Notes: generated by a model from the letters alone, not told the origin. Positions 6,936-15,551 are shown, counted from the stretch's first letter. The stretch is DNA of 32,000 bases from Candidatus Saccharimonadota bacterium (GCA_965230905.1 OZ246396.1:630001-662000), one strand, 5' to 3'. Translations and numbers: made by a program.

Positions 6936-9547
6936 CAGACCGTGGTGGATTTGGGTTGGAAGCGTTTCCAAATTTCAATGATGACCATGCAGGCCGCTGA
7001 AAGCCCGCCAATTTCTAGCCAGTCTCTCACGCTCAGCGGATGAGTCTCCAGCACGGTTTGGAAGAAGGGAAGGTAGATGCCCAGGACTTGAAGTCCTAAG
7101 CTAAAGAACACGCTCACGAGCAGCAGTTTGTTTTTAAAAAACCCCGTAAAATAGTGTTTGTCTTTATAGCGAATGGCGAATACAAGTAGGAGTTCAAAGA
7201 CCACAATGCTGGTGAAAACCAGGGTGCGGGTGTGCTCGATGGAGTATTCTTCCAAGTGAGAAAAATAGAGGTAAAGGGACGTGGCGGAGGAAAGGATTCC
7301 AGCCAGAATGCTGAAGCTGAGCAGGTCTTTGAATATGCTTTGTTTGGGGTCGCGCGGCTTTAAAGTCATGATGTCGTCTTCCGGAGTATCCATACCGAGT
7401 GCCAGCGCGGGGAAGGCGTCCGTGAGCAGATTCACCCATAAAATTTGAAGCGGCAAAAAGGGAATAGGTACGTTCAACAAAAACGTGACGCATACTAGAA
7501 TGACTGCCGAAAAGTTGGCACTCAAAAGGAAGCGGACGAACTTTTTAATGTTGCGATAAATGGTCCTGCCAATTTCCACGGTTGCCACAATGGTGGCGAA
7601 ATTATCATCCATTAGAATCATGTCGCTGGCTTCTTTGGAAACGTCCGTTCCGGTTATTCCCATGGCCACGCCGATGTCTGCCTGTTTGAGTGCGGGGGCG
7701 TCGTTCACGCCATCTCCGGTCATGGAAACGGTGTGTCCTTTTTCTTTCAGCGCCCGCAGGATTTTCACTTTGTCGGCGGGGTTTACGCGTGCGTAGATGC
7801 TCACTTTTTCCACGATGCTGCAGAGTTTCCGGAAGGTCATTTTTTCCAACTCGGCTCCGGTTATGACGAGGTCGCCTTCCTGGAATAGTCCGATTTCTTT
7901 TCCAATGGCCATGGCGGTGAGGGCGTGGTCGCCGGTGATCATCACCGTGCGAATGTGGGCATTTTTACAGATTTGAATCGCCTCTTTCACTTCGGCGCGG
8001 GGTGGGTCGATGAGGGCGGCAAGTCCCAAGAAAACCATATTTTCTTCAGCGGCTTCGTTGGTGATTTTGTAGGCAAAGCCCAGCACGCGGAAAGCCCGGC
8101 TGGCCAGTTTTTCAATTTCTTTATGTAGGAGTTTTTTTTGTGCGGTGCTGAGTTTTGAGATCTTTCCTTCTATTTGAATGTGGCTGCAGACTTCCAAAAT
8201 CGTGTCGGGCGCGCCTTTAGTGTAGAGGACTCCTTTGTTCAAAGTAGACATGCGTTTACGAACCGAATCAAAAATGAGCTCCTTTGTTCGTGGAAACTTT
8301 TTGTTGAGGGCGTCGGGATTCAGGCTTCCTTTCCGTGCCAAGGTGAGCAAGGCGCCCTCAGTGGGATCACCGGAAATTCCCCAATTTTCCCCGCTTTGAA
8401 TCAGGGCTGAGTTGTTGCAAAGGGCGCCGGTCCGCAGCAGCAATTCCAGTTCGTCGGAATCGATGGGAAATTGTTCTTTGGGTTCATAACCGATGCCTGG
8501 AATGTCCACTTGGCGGCCGTTGATCCACAGCACTTTCACGGTCATTTGGTTCTGAGTCAGGGTGCCAGTTTTATCCGTACAAATGGTGCTCACGCTGCCC
8601 AGGGTTTCGGCCGCGGCGAGTTTGCGAATGATGGCATTTTTCTTGGCGATTTGCTGCACGCCCATGGCCAGCGTGAGGGTTATCACAGCGGGTAAACCTT
8701 CCGGAATCACACTCACCGCGAGGCTGATGCTGAGCAGCAGCATCTCTACTAGATCACGCTTGGTGAGCAGCGCGAGTAGGAACATTAAAATGGCTACGCC
8801 CACCACGAGTAGCGCCAGGATTTTGCTGAGTCGGTCGAGTTGTTTTTGAAGCGGAGTTGCTTCGTTGTGCTGGCTCTGAACCATGTGGGCGATCTTTCCA
8901 AATTCCGTGTTCATCCCGGTTTCCACTACGATGGCGACGCCATGTCCCTGGCTGATCACCGTTCCCATAAATACACAGTTTTTCAAATCTCCTAAACTAC
9001 TCACTTTTTTAAGCACGTCCACGGTCTTTTCGGTGGGCTGACTTTCTCCCGTCAAACTCGCCTCAATGGTGTAGAGCTGATTGCTTTCTAGGAGCCGGGC
9101 ATCGGTGGGCACTTGCGTTCCTTCTTCTAAAATCAAAATATCTCCGGGCACTAATTCACGCGCCGGAATCTTATGAATTTCATTGTTTCGTCGCACCAAG
9201 GCATAGGGCGCCGTCATTTTGCGCAAGGCTTCAATGGCCTTTTCCGCTTTATATTCCTGTAAGAAACCGATCACGGCGTTCAGCACAATAATAATTCCAA
9301 TGGCGATTGCATCGAGCTCTTCTTTCGCAATGATGCTCACCACTAAGGCTCCGATGAGCACCAACACCATGATGTTCACGAACTGGCTGAGCAAAATTTT
9401 GTACCATTTCACGTTTTCTCCGCCTTTGATCTCGTTGTACCCAAACTGTTTGAGCCGTTTCGCTGCTTCTGCAGAACTCAGTCCTTTCTCAGAACTCTTT
9501 AAATCTTTCAAAACCGTGGCGGCGGATTGAGCTCCCCAATCGGTCAT
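6935..9547 (-). CDS. P-type cation-transporting ATPase (P2, Ca2+-ATPase-like)
   Basis: 870 aa. Phosphorylation motif CTDKTGTLT, TM4 PEGLP, hinge TGDGVNDAPALKQADIG, N-terminal cation-ATPase-N-like LSSAEAAKRLKQFGYNEI, and multiple TM segments. Confidence 0.9.
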   Translation of the reverse strand: MTDWGAQSAATVLKDLKSSEKGLSSAEAAKRLKQFGYNEIKGGENVKWYKILLSQFVNIMVLVLIGALVVSIIAKEELDAIAIGIIIVLNAVIGFLQEYKAEKAIEALRKMTAPYALVRRNNEIHKIPARELVPGDILILEEGTQVPTDARLLESNQLYTIEASLTGESQPTEKTVDVLKKVSSLGDLKNCVFMGTVISQGHGVAIVVETGMNTEFGKIAHMVQSQHNEATPLQKQLDRLSKILALLVVGVAILMFLLALLTKRDLVEMLLLSISLAVSVIPEGLPAVITLTLAMGVQQIAKKNAIIRKLAAAETLGSVSTICTDKTGTLTQNQMTVKVLWINGRQVDIPGIGYEPKEQFPIDSDELELLLRTGALCNNSALIQSGENWGISGDPTEGALLTLARKGSLNPDALNKKFPRTKELIFDSVRKRMSTLNKGVLYTKGAPDTILEVCSHIQIEGKISKLSTAQKKLLHKEIEKLASRAFRVLGFAYKITNEAAEENMVFLGLAALIDPPRAEVKEAIQICKNAHIRTVMITGDHALTAMAIGKEIGLFQEGDLVITGAELEKMTFRKLCSIVEKVSIYARVNPADKVKILRALKEKGHTVSMTGDGVNDAPALKQADIGVAMGITGTDVSKEASDMILMDDNFATIVATVEIGRTIYRNIKKFVRFLLSANFSAVILVCVTFLLNVPIPFLPLQILWVNLLTDAFPALALGMDTPEDDIMTLKPRDPKQSIFKDLLSFSILAGILSSATSLYLYFSHLEEYSIEHTRTLVFTSIVVFELLLVFAIRYKDKHYFTGFFKNKLLLVSVFFSLGLQVLGIYLPFFQTVLETHPLSVRDWLEIGGLSAACMVIIEIWKRFQPKSTTV

Positions 9548-10197
9548 AAGGGCTTTTTAAGTTTACTGTTACGCCAGCGGGCAATTTCCCCATGATTTCC
9601 CGACATCAGTACGTCCGGCACCTTGAGGCCTTCATACTCGGCGGGTTTGGTGTAGTGCGGGTACTCAAGCATGCGGCCCGTTGCCAGACTAAAGGATTCT
9701 TCCTGTGCACTTTCATCGTCGCCCAAAACGCCCGGCAGCATGCGGCTCACCGCGTCCACAATACAAAGCGCAGGCAGTTCGCCGCCAGTCAGCACAAAGT
9801 CACCCACCGAAATTTCGCTGTCCACCAATTCATCGATCACCCGCTGATCTATGCCTTCATAACGCCCGCAAAGTAAAATGATTCCGTCCAATTCCGCCAA
9901 ATCCTCCGCTTTTTCCTGCGTGAAACGTTTTCCTACAGGTGAGAGGTAGATCACCGGGCCGCTATTTTGCTCTTTTACCGCTTTTATAGCATCGAATAAA
10001 GGTTGGCAGCTCATAACCATGCCTGCGCCACCGCCGTACGGTGTATCGTCCACTTTCTTATGTCGTTCTTTGCTGTAGTCGCGAATATTGTGCACGTGCA
10101 CTTCAATGGCGCCGCTCTCCACCGCCCGTTTCAAAATAGAATCGTCAAAATAGGGAAGCACCAGGGATGGGAATAGAGTGAGTATGTCGAAGCGCAT
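9544..10197 (-). CDS. trmD: tRNA (guanine37-N1)-methyltransferase
   Basis: 217 aa. MRFDILTLFP start, DDTPYGGGAGMVM, GRYEGIDQRV. The stop overlaps the ATPase ATG (ATGA). Confidence 0.9.
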   Translation of the reverse strand: MRFDILTLFPSLVLPYFDDSILKRAVESGAIEVHVHNIRDYSKERHKKVDDTPYGGGAGMVMSCQPLFDAIKAVKEQNSGPVIYLSPVGKRFTQEKAEDLAELDGIILLCGRYEGIDQRVIDELVDSEISVGDFVLTGGELPALCIVDAVSRMLPGVLGDDESAQEESFSLATGRMLEYPHYTKPAEYEGLKVPDVLMSGNHGEIARWRNSKLKKPL

Positions 10198-10223
10198 GTC
10201 TAGATTTTATCTATCTCTGGGTT

Positions 10224-10229
10224 TATAAT
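10224..10229 (+). promoter_or_regulatory. perfect -10 box (TATAAT) upstream of the orphan ORF; -35 not convincing
   Basis: TATAAT at 10224-10229, 18 nt before ATG 10248. The complement, ATTATAAA, could also act as a -10 for trmD on the other strand. Confidence 0.3.
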
Positions 10230-10247
10230 CCATCCTCAATTGATTTT

Positions 10248-10649
10248 ATGTCTTTTTACTCAGATTTTGAACTCGGTCCTGACTTAAGCGACGATGCAGA
10301 ACTTTTAGAGTCTGTGAGGGAAATCGACAGAAGGCTTGAAGGACTGGAGATTCCTAAAGAATTCGCCGGTCAAAGGCCTATTTTTATGCAGATGCCCTCC
10401 GCTTACGGTGAACTGGGTAAATTGTTTAATGTGCCCTTTTCACGTCTAATGGCCCAGTTTAATGAGCGTATGCGAGAAGCTTCAATGCCAATTGGAATGT
10501 ACGATTATTCTTTGGAACGAAGACTTCCTTCAGTCCCTCAAGGTTGGCATTGGGATGGTAATCGTCCTAGGGGGCATGCTTTTGTTTATTTTGACGACTC
10601 TGCCATCTTTGAGATGATTCGTGGGAATATTCCCGCAAACAGACAGTGA
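10248..10649 (+). CDS. hypothetical protein (orphan, opposite strand to both neighbours)
   Basis: 133-aa ORF with an ATG start that fills the rpsI-trmD gap. Protein-like composition. I recognise no family. Confidence 0.5.
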   Translation: MSFYSDFELGPDLSDDAELLESVREIDRRLEGLEIPKEFAGQRPIFMQMPSAYGELGKLFNVPFSRLMAQFNERMREASMPIGMYDYSLERRLPSVPQGWHWDGNRPRGHAFVYFDDSAIFEMIRGNIPANRQ

Positions 10650-10650
10650 G

Positions 10651-10667
10651 ACTCGGCTTCGCCGAGT
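10651..10667 (-). repeat. stop-proximal hairpin element, copy 1 (after rpsI)
   Basis: Minus strand reads TAG-TA-CTCGGC-GAA-GCCGAG. On the plus strand ACTCGGC/GCCGAGT gives a 7-bp stem with a 3-nt loop. It lies exactly between the convergent stops at 10647-49 and 10669-71. Confidence 0.7.
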
Positions 10668-10668
10668 A

Positions 10669-11079
10669 CTAACGCTTGGAGAACTGTGGAGCACGGCGAG
10701 CTTTGTGCAAACCGAACTTCTTTCGTTCTTTGATACGGCTGTCGCGAGTGAGGAAGCCTTCTGGCTTGAGACGGCTGCGGTTGTCGGCATCTACTTCAAG
10801 GAGTGCTTTAGCGATTCCATGACGTACTGCGTCGGCTTGACCGTGCTTTCCACCTCCTTCTACCATTGCGGAAATGTCGTAGCTCTTTTCAGCGCCCAGG
10901 AGCACCAGGGGAGCCATCATTACGTTGATGCTTTCGTCGGTTCCAAAGTATTCACGAGCGTCCATTCCGTTCACCACCACGCGTCCAGCTCCTTTGTACA
11001 AACGTACACGAGCCACGGCAGATTTGCGCTTTCCGTTAGCGTAGAAGTAAGTTCCGGTGAAAGTCATTGCATCAGCCAT
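10669..11079 (-). CDS. rpsI: 30S ribosomal protein S9
   Basis: 136 aa. GKRKSAVARV and C-terminal KFGLHKARRAPQFSKR. Confidence 0.95.
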   Translation of the reverse strand: MADAMTFTGTYFYANGKRKSAVARVRLYKGAGRVVVNGMDAREYFGTDESINVMMAPLVLLGAEKSYDISAMVEGGGKHGQADAVRHGIAKALLEVDADNRSRLKPEGFLTRDSRIKERKKFGLHKARRAPQFSKR

Positions 11080-11083
11080 TTTA

Positions 11084-11524
11084 CTAGATCGTTAGAGTTT
11101 TAGGATTTTGTCCGTTGTGAGGGTGCTCAGAACCTGCATAAACATGCATTTTCTCAACCGCATACTGACGGATACGGTTTCGAGGAATCATTCCTGTTAC
11201 CGCGAGTTCAATCATACGTTCAGGGTGTTCGGTACGCATTTTTCCAGCCGCCTTCATCTTGATTCCTCCTCGGAACCCAGTGTGACGGATGTAATCCTTC
11301 TTCGTTTCCTTTGCTCCCGTCAAAACCACTTTCTCTGCATTGATGATAACCACATGGTCACCACAGTTCAGGGAAGGGTGCCAGTCTGGCTTGTGCTTTC
11401 CGCGAACGTAGTCAGCTACCTTGGTAGCGATTTGTCCGAGAACCACGCCTTCAGCGTCGATAATGAACCACTTTTCAGATGCGTTCATTTCCTTGGATTT
11501 TGGATGGGTCGTAGTTTGCTTCAT
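11084..11524 (-). CDS. rplM: 50S ribosomal protein L13
   Basis: KWFIIDAEGVVLGQIATKVADYVRGKHKP. I prefer ATG 11524, 1 nt after the rplQ stop. The track start at 11533 is a TTG. Confidence 0.9.
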   Translation of the reverse strand: MKQTTTHPKSKEMNASEKWFIIDAEGVVLGQIATKVADYVRGKHKPDWHPSLNCGDHVVIINAEKVVLTGAKETKKDYIRHTGFRGGIKMKAAGKMRTEHPERMIELAVTGMIPRNRIRQYAVEKMHVYAGSEHPHNGQNPKTLTI

Positions 11525-11525
11525 A

Positions 11526-11882
11526 TTAGTCAACGAGTTGAATAGATACCATTTCCGCTGCGTCTCCGGCGCGGTAACCGAGCTTCACAATGCGAGTGTA
11601 ACCTCCATTTCGTTCCTTGTAGCGCTCTTTGAGCACTTCGAGGAGCTTCTTTCCAGCGTTGTCGTCTTGAACGATTTGGTTGATCTGTCGGATAGCGGCT
11701 ACTGCACTCTTGGTTTTAGCTTTGGTGATGAGGCCTTCCACAATAGGACGGACCTGTTTAGCACGACCTACCGTTGTCTTCACTTTTTCGAAGAGAATAA
11801 CAGAGGTAGCGAGGTTGCGGAGCAGTGCAGTGCGGTGATCGCGCTGCATGTTCATTTTGAGATTTTTCTTTCGGTGTCGCAT
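11526..11882 (-). CDS. rplQ: 50S ribosomal protein L17
   Basis: 118 aa. MRHRKK...RDHRTALLRNLATSVILFEKVKTT and GGYTRIVKLGYRAGD. Confidence 0.95.
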   Translation of the reverse strand: MRHRKKNLKMNMQRDHRTALLRNLATSVILFEKVKTTVGRAKQVRPIVEGLITKAKTKSAVAAIRQINQIVQDDNAGKKLLEVLKERYKERNGGYTRIVKLGYRAGDAAEMVSIQLVD

Positions 11883-11907
11883 GTAATATTGTTGTTTGCT
11901 TGTTTGT

Positions 11908-11923
11908 ACGCACTAGCGTGCGT
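11908..11923 (-). other. intercistronic stem-loop between rpoA and rplQ
   Basis: ACGCAC-TAGC-GTGCGT gives a 6-bp stem. No U-run follows. Function unknown. Confidence 0.4.
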
Positions 11924-11951
11924 GTTACTTGAGATTGGAATCCTAATGGAG

Positions 11952-12932
11952 TTAATCCTCTAGAGCAAGGGCAAATCCTCGCTTTTCAAGGGCGTCCGCC
12001 ACTTCTGTGAGGGCCTTCTTTCCGAACCCGCGAAGGTTAGAAAGTTTAGACTCAGAGGCCTTGGTGAGTTCCTCGATTGAACCGATGCCGCCGTTGATGA
12101 GGGCATTGAGGGTTCGTGGAGAAAGTCCAAGAATCTCGATAGGAGTGTAAGATTGCTGTTGAGGTTTAGCGCTGTCTTCTTCGGCCTTAGCCTTGGCAGC
12201 GATCTTTTCGAAGTCGCTCATGAATTCTGGTTCAACGGGATCTTGATCTCGGTTGAAGAGATTGAAGTAAGATTCCAGTACGTCTCCGGCAAACTTAAGC
12301 GCTTCATCAGGTGTGAGTGAGCCATTGCTCTTCACTTCGAGAAGGAGTTTGTCGAGGTCGGTCTTTTGTCCCACACGAGTTGCCTCGATGGTGTAGTGAA
12401 TCTTCTTGATAGGGGAGAACGCTGCATCGATTTCAATCATTTCTGCGTCGCCATCCTTGCTGTCTCCAATCAACGCTGCACGGTATCCCACACCCTTTTC
12501 GATGCGGATTTCCATGTCGAGCACGCCACCCTTGTCCAGAGTAGTGATGTAGAGATCAGGGTTGTGAACGGTCACTCCAGATGGCAAATCAATGTCTCCG
12601 GCCGTAACCACTCCAGCTGTCTTCACCTTCAAAGAAATCAAACGAGTTTCGCTTCCATCCATGCTGAGAGCCAATTGCTTCAGGTTGAGCATGATATCGA
12701 GAACACTATCTTTAACTCCTTTCACCACGGTGTATTCGTGCGTGATTCCTTTGATCTTCAAACCTGTTACGGCAGTCCCTGGGAGCGAAGAAAGCATTAC
12801 ACGTCGCAAACCGTTCCCGAGCGTGGTTCCATAACCTTGCGGAAGGGGACTGATCGTGAACGTGGAGTGAAAATCTTCCATTTTCTGTTCAGAAATTTTT
12901 GGAAGACCGATTTCTTCTTGGATGATATGCAT
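11952..12932 (-). CDS. rpoA: DNA-directed RNA polymerase subunit alpha
   Basis: 326 aa. FTISPLPQGYGTTLGNGLRRVMLSSLPG N-terminal domain and a C-terminal helix-hairpin-helix region LGLSPRTLNALINGGIGSIEEL. Confidence 0.95.
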   Translation of the reverse strand: MHIIQEEIGLPKISEQKMEDFHSTFTISPLPQGYGTTLGNGLRRVMLSSLPGTAVTGLKIKGITHEYTVVKGVKDSVLDIMLNLKQLALSMDGSETRLISLKVKTAGVVTAGDIDLPSGVTVHNPDLYITTLDKGGVLDMEIRIEKGVGYRAALIGDSKDGDAEMIEIDAAFSPIKKIHYTIEATRVGQKTDLDKLLLEVKSNGSLTPDEALKFAGDVLESYFNLFNRDQDPVEPEFMSDFEKIAAKAKAEEDSAKPQQQSYTPIEILGLSPRTLNALINGGIGSIEELTKASESKLSNLRGFGKKALTEVADALEKRGFALALED

Positions 12933-12956
12933 AGCAAGAAGGGGTAAAGTTATGGA

Positions 12957-13571
12957 TTACTTAGAATAGTACTCAACGATGAGCTGAGTTTCAATGAGCT
13001 GATCGAGATCGCTTTCTTCAGGAAGCGTAGCGATTTCGGTCTTTAGGCCTTTCTGATCAGATTTGAGCCAACGAGCGTGGTCAAATTCTTTATCCTCTTT
13101 AACGGCCACAAAGAGGGGGCTTTCTTTCAAACGAGGACGAACTTCAATGACGTCGTTCTCACGAACTTGAATAGAAGGAACGGTTACTCGCGTTCCATTG
13201 AGCGTAAAAATACCATGGCTCACCATTTGGCGGGCCTGGGCACGGGTTTTTGCGAATCCTCCACGGAACACTACGTTGTCCATACGTCGTTCAATTGATT
13301 TCATAAGTTCCACACCGGTAGCTCCTTTTCGAGATGCTGCCTTGAGGTAGTAGTTGCGGAGTTGTTTTTCTGTAAGACCGTACATGAAACGAAGCTTCTG
13401 TTTTTCGAGGAGCTGCTTTTTGTATTCAGAAGCCTTTCCTGCGCGGGCTGCCCCATGCATTCCAGGTCCGTGAGGACGTTTCTCCAAAAGCTTGGCCATC
13501 TTGGTTGTACCAAAGATGTCAACTCCGAAGCGTCGTACTAAGCGTCCTTTTGGTCCAGTGTAACGTGACAT
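12957..13571 (-). CDS. rpsD: 30S ribosomal protein S4
   Basis: 204 aa. MSRYTGPKGRLVRRFG and an S4 domain RMDNVVFRGGFAKTRAQARQMVSHG. Confidence 0.95.
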   Translation of the reverse strand: MSRYTGPKGRLVRRFGVDIFGTTKMAKLLEKRPHGPGMHGAARAGKASEYKKQLLEKQKLRFMYGLTEKQLRNYYLKAASRKGATGVELMKSIERRMDNVVFRGGFAKTRAQARQMVSHGIFTLNGTRVTVPSIQVRENDVIEVRPRLKESPLFVAVKEDKEFDHARWLKSDQKGLKTEIATLPEESDLDQLIETQLIVEYYSK

Positions 13572-13592
13572 TTGTTCTAGTTAATTAAAGTG

Positions 13593-14057
13593 TTAAACCC
13601 TTCGAGTACGAGGCTGTCGGCATCCGTTGTGGGGAACCGGTGTCACATCCATGATGCGAACAATGGTGATTCCTTGAGCGATGAGACCGCGGAGCGCTTG
13701 TTCACGTCCGTGTCCAACTCCCTTTACATAGATGTCAGCCTTTTCGAATCCGTACGCCTTTGCCTTTTCAGCAGCGTTTTCAGCGGCCATTTGAGCAGCA
13801 AAGGGGGTTGCTTTCTTAGACCCCTTGAAACCACAGGTTCCAGCGGTAGACCAAGCAAGTACGTTTCCTTCAGAATCCGTGATCGTAATCAGTGTGTTGT
13901 TGAATCCAGCGTTTACATACACGTTACCGGAAGTAACGGTCTTTTTCTTGCTGCGTCGTACAGCCTTTTTTTCTTCTCCGGCAGGTGCAGCAGCATCAGC
14001 TACGGCAGCTCCAGGTGCAGCAGTGTCTTTAACGGGTTTTTTAGTTTCTTCGGTCAT
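13593..14057 (-). CDS. rpsK: 30S ribosomal protein S11, with an Ala/Pro/Lys-rich N-terminal extension
   Basis: 154 aa. Core [30 protein letters not shown] and C-terminal [13 protein letters not shown]. Confidence 0.95.
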   Translation of the reverse strand: MTEETKKPVKDTAAPGAAVADAAAPAGEEKKAVRRSKKKTVTSGNVYVNAGFNNTLITITDSEGNVLAWSTAGTCGFKGSKKATPFAAQMAAENAAEKAKAYGFEKADIYVKGVGHGREQALRGLIAQGITIVRIMDVTPVPHNGCRQPRTRRV

Positions 14058-14071
14058 AATGAGATTATTTT

Positions 14072-14449
14072 TTACTTAGTTTCCTTAGCACGTCCGCTTC
14101 CCATGGTCATACGTCGTCCACGTTTGGTACGAGCGTTGGTCTTGGTGCGTTGTCCACGAGCCGGCAGACGTCGTTTGTGACGAACTCCACGGTAGGAAGA
14201 AATGTCCTGAAGACGTTTAACGTCCATTTGAACTTTTCGTCGTAGATCTCCTTCGGTTCGTAGTTTAGTGAGCGCTTCACGGAGTTTAGCGAGGTCTTCT
14301 TCAGTCAAATCTTTTACTTTTTTATCGAGAGAAATGTTCAGCTCGTTGAGAAGGGTTTCCGCTAGGGGACGTCCAACACCGTATATATAGGTAAGACCTA
14401 TTGCGATGCGTTTTTCCATTGGGATTTGTACTCCAGCTAGACGAACCAT
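14072..14449 (-). CDS. rpsM: 30S ribosomal protein S13
   Basis: 125 aa. [26 protein letters not shown] and [24 protein letters not shown]. Confidence 0.95.
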   Translation of the reverse strand: MVRLAGVQIPMEKRIAIGLTYIYGVGRPLAETLLNELNISLDKKVKDLTEEDLAKLREALTKLRTEGDLRRKVQMDVKRLQDISSYRGVRHKRRLPARGQRTKTNARTKRGRRMTMGSGRAKETK

Positions 14450-14473
14450 ATTAAAGTTATTTTATAGTAAGGA

Positions 14474-14587
14474 TTATCCTTGACGTTGTTTGTGCTTTGG
14501 GTTCTCACAAATGATGCGAATGACTCGCTTTCGGCGAATCTTGTGGCATTTTTCACAGATGAGTTTTACTGAGGCTCGAACTTTCAT
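14474..14587 (-). CDS. rpmJ: 50S ribosomal protein L36 (not in the supplied ORF track)
   Basis: Hand translation of the minus strand gives [37 protein letters not shown] plus a stop: 37 aa with the CxxC...C...H pattern. The ATG overlaps the infA TGA (ATGA). Confidence 0.9.
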   Translation of the reverse strand: MKVRASVKLICEKCHKIRRKRVIRIICENPKHKQRQG

Positions 14588-14931
14588 TGTTTAGGTGATT
14601 CAGTTGAAATTACTTCAGTTGCAGGGACTTCGGGAGTTCCTTCAGCGGGAGCAGCTGGGGTAGCCGATGGGCCACCAAGATGCTCAGGCAGGGGTTGTCC
14701 CTTCTTATGTCGGAAAACAATACGTCCCTTATAGAGATCGTAAGGCGTTAGCTCAACGGTAACCGCATCTCCGGGAATGATTCGAATATAATTTATTCGC
14801 ATCTTTCCTGAGAGGTGACAAAGCACTACGTGGTCCGTTGGATAGGCCGGGTCATCCAATCTTATCTTGAAGGTTGCGTTGGGTAGACACTCTACCACGA
14901 CCCCCTTTACCTGGATGACTTGTTTCGTCAT
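14584..14931 (-). CDS. infA: translation initiation factor IF-1 with a 38-aa C-terminal extension
   Basis: 115 aa. The S1-like core [13 protein letters not shown]...[36 protein letters not shown] is followed by a [38 protein letters not shown] tail. Confidence 0.9.
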   Translation of the reverse strand: MTKQVIQVKGVVVECLPNATFKIRLDDPAYPTDHVVLCHLSGKMRINYIRIIPGDAVTVELTPYDLYKGRIVFRHKKGQPLPEHLGGPSATPAAPAEGTPEVPATEVISTESPKQ

Positions 14932-14962
14932 TTATACCCGTTTTTAAGGTAAAAGCAGAGGG

Positions 14963-14991
14963 ATTCTACACGGCAAAAAGGGCAATTGCAA
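14963..14991 (-). promoter_or_regulatory. candidate promoter for infA-rpmJ-rpsM...
   Basis: Minus strand: TTGCAA (14991-14986), 17-nt spacer, TAGAAT (14968-14963), about 30 nt upstream of the infA ATG. Confidence 0.45.
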
Positions 14992-15001
14992 GGGCATTTC
15001 T

Positions 15002-15439
15002 TCAATTCTTAAACAGAGCCTTATCTTTATTAAATTTCATGGCGATCAATAGGGAAATTAATACAACCATCGCAGCGACAAATGTACTTTCGTAATCTTT
15101 TCCCATGGAGCTGAGAATCAAGCCCGCGGATGCCAAAAAAATAATGGAGCCTAAAATTATATTGTACAATTGAGGCGTTCCTTTCTTAAATTTAAAAACC
15201 CCCAATGCTAGTCTGGTTGCAGGCCAAATAGTAACGCATAAAGCAACGATGATGGCAGGAATCAGCACCGCGAGGCCACCACCCCCAAAGAAAACGAATA
15301 TAAGGATAACATATGCCACACCAGCTCCAGCTGCTATTCCACCTATTAAAATCAATACGCCTAGGACTGTATAAAAGGCACGGGTAAATCCATTGATTTT
15401 ATTGTGGACTGTTGGAGTGGTGGAGAGTTTCTTAGCCAT
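15002..15439 (-). CDS. hypothetical integral membrane protein (about 4 TM helices)
   Basis: 145-aa ORF with four long hydrophobic stretches, for example VLGVLILIGGIAAGAGVAYVILIFVFF and LAVLIPAIIVALCVTIW. No family recognised. Confidence 0.6.
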   Translation of the reverse strand: MAKKLSTTPTVHNKINGFTRAFYTVLGVLILIGGIAAGAGVAYVILIFVFFGGGGLAVLIPAIIVALCVTIWPATRLALGVFKFKKGTPQLYNIILGSIIFLASAGLILSSMGKDYESTFVAAMVVLISLLIAMKFNKDKALFKN

Positions 15440-15448
15440 CTTTGAGTA

Positions 15449-15476
15449 ATACTAACTTTCTTGGGTCGACTGTCAA
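15449..15476 (-). promoter_or_regulatory. candidate promoter giving a leaderless or near-leaderless mRNA for the membrane protein
   Basis: Minus strand: perfect TTGACA (15476-15471), 16-nt spacer, TAGTAT (15454-15449). Only 9 nt separate the -10 from the ATG at 15439. Confidence 0.5.
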
Positions 15477-15551
15477 TATCTGTTTAAAATAAATTAGCTC
15501 TTTAGCAAGCCGAGCGGGGCACTTTTCTTTCCTCTTTATAAAGCGCTTCGG

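Noticed and set aside
14584-14587. Possible alternative genetic code (UGA recoding, as in some CPR relatives).
   Set aside because: TGA ends infA, trmD, rplN, rsmA and the ATPase exactly where homologues end, often as ATGA overlaps with the next start. No conserved gene is interrupted by in-frame TGA, TAG or TAA. The standard bacterial code fits.
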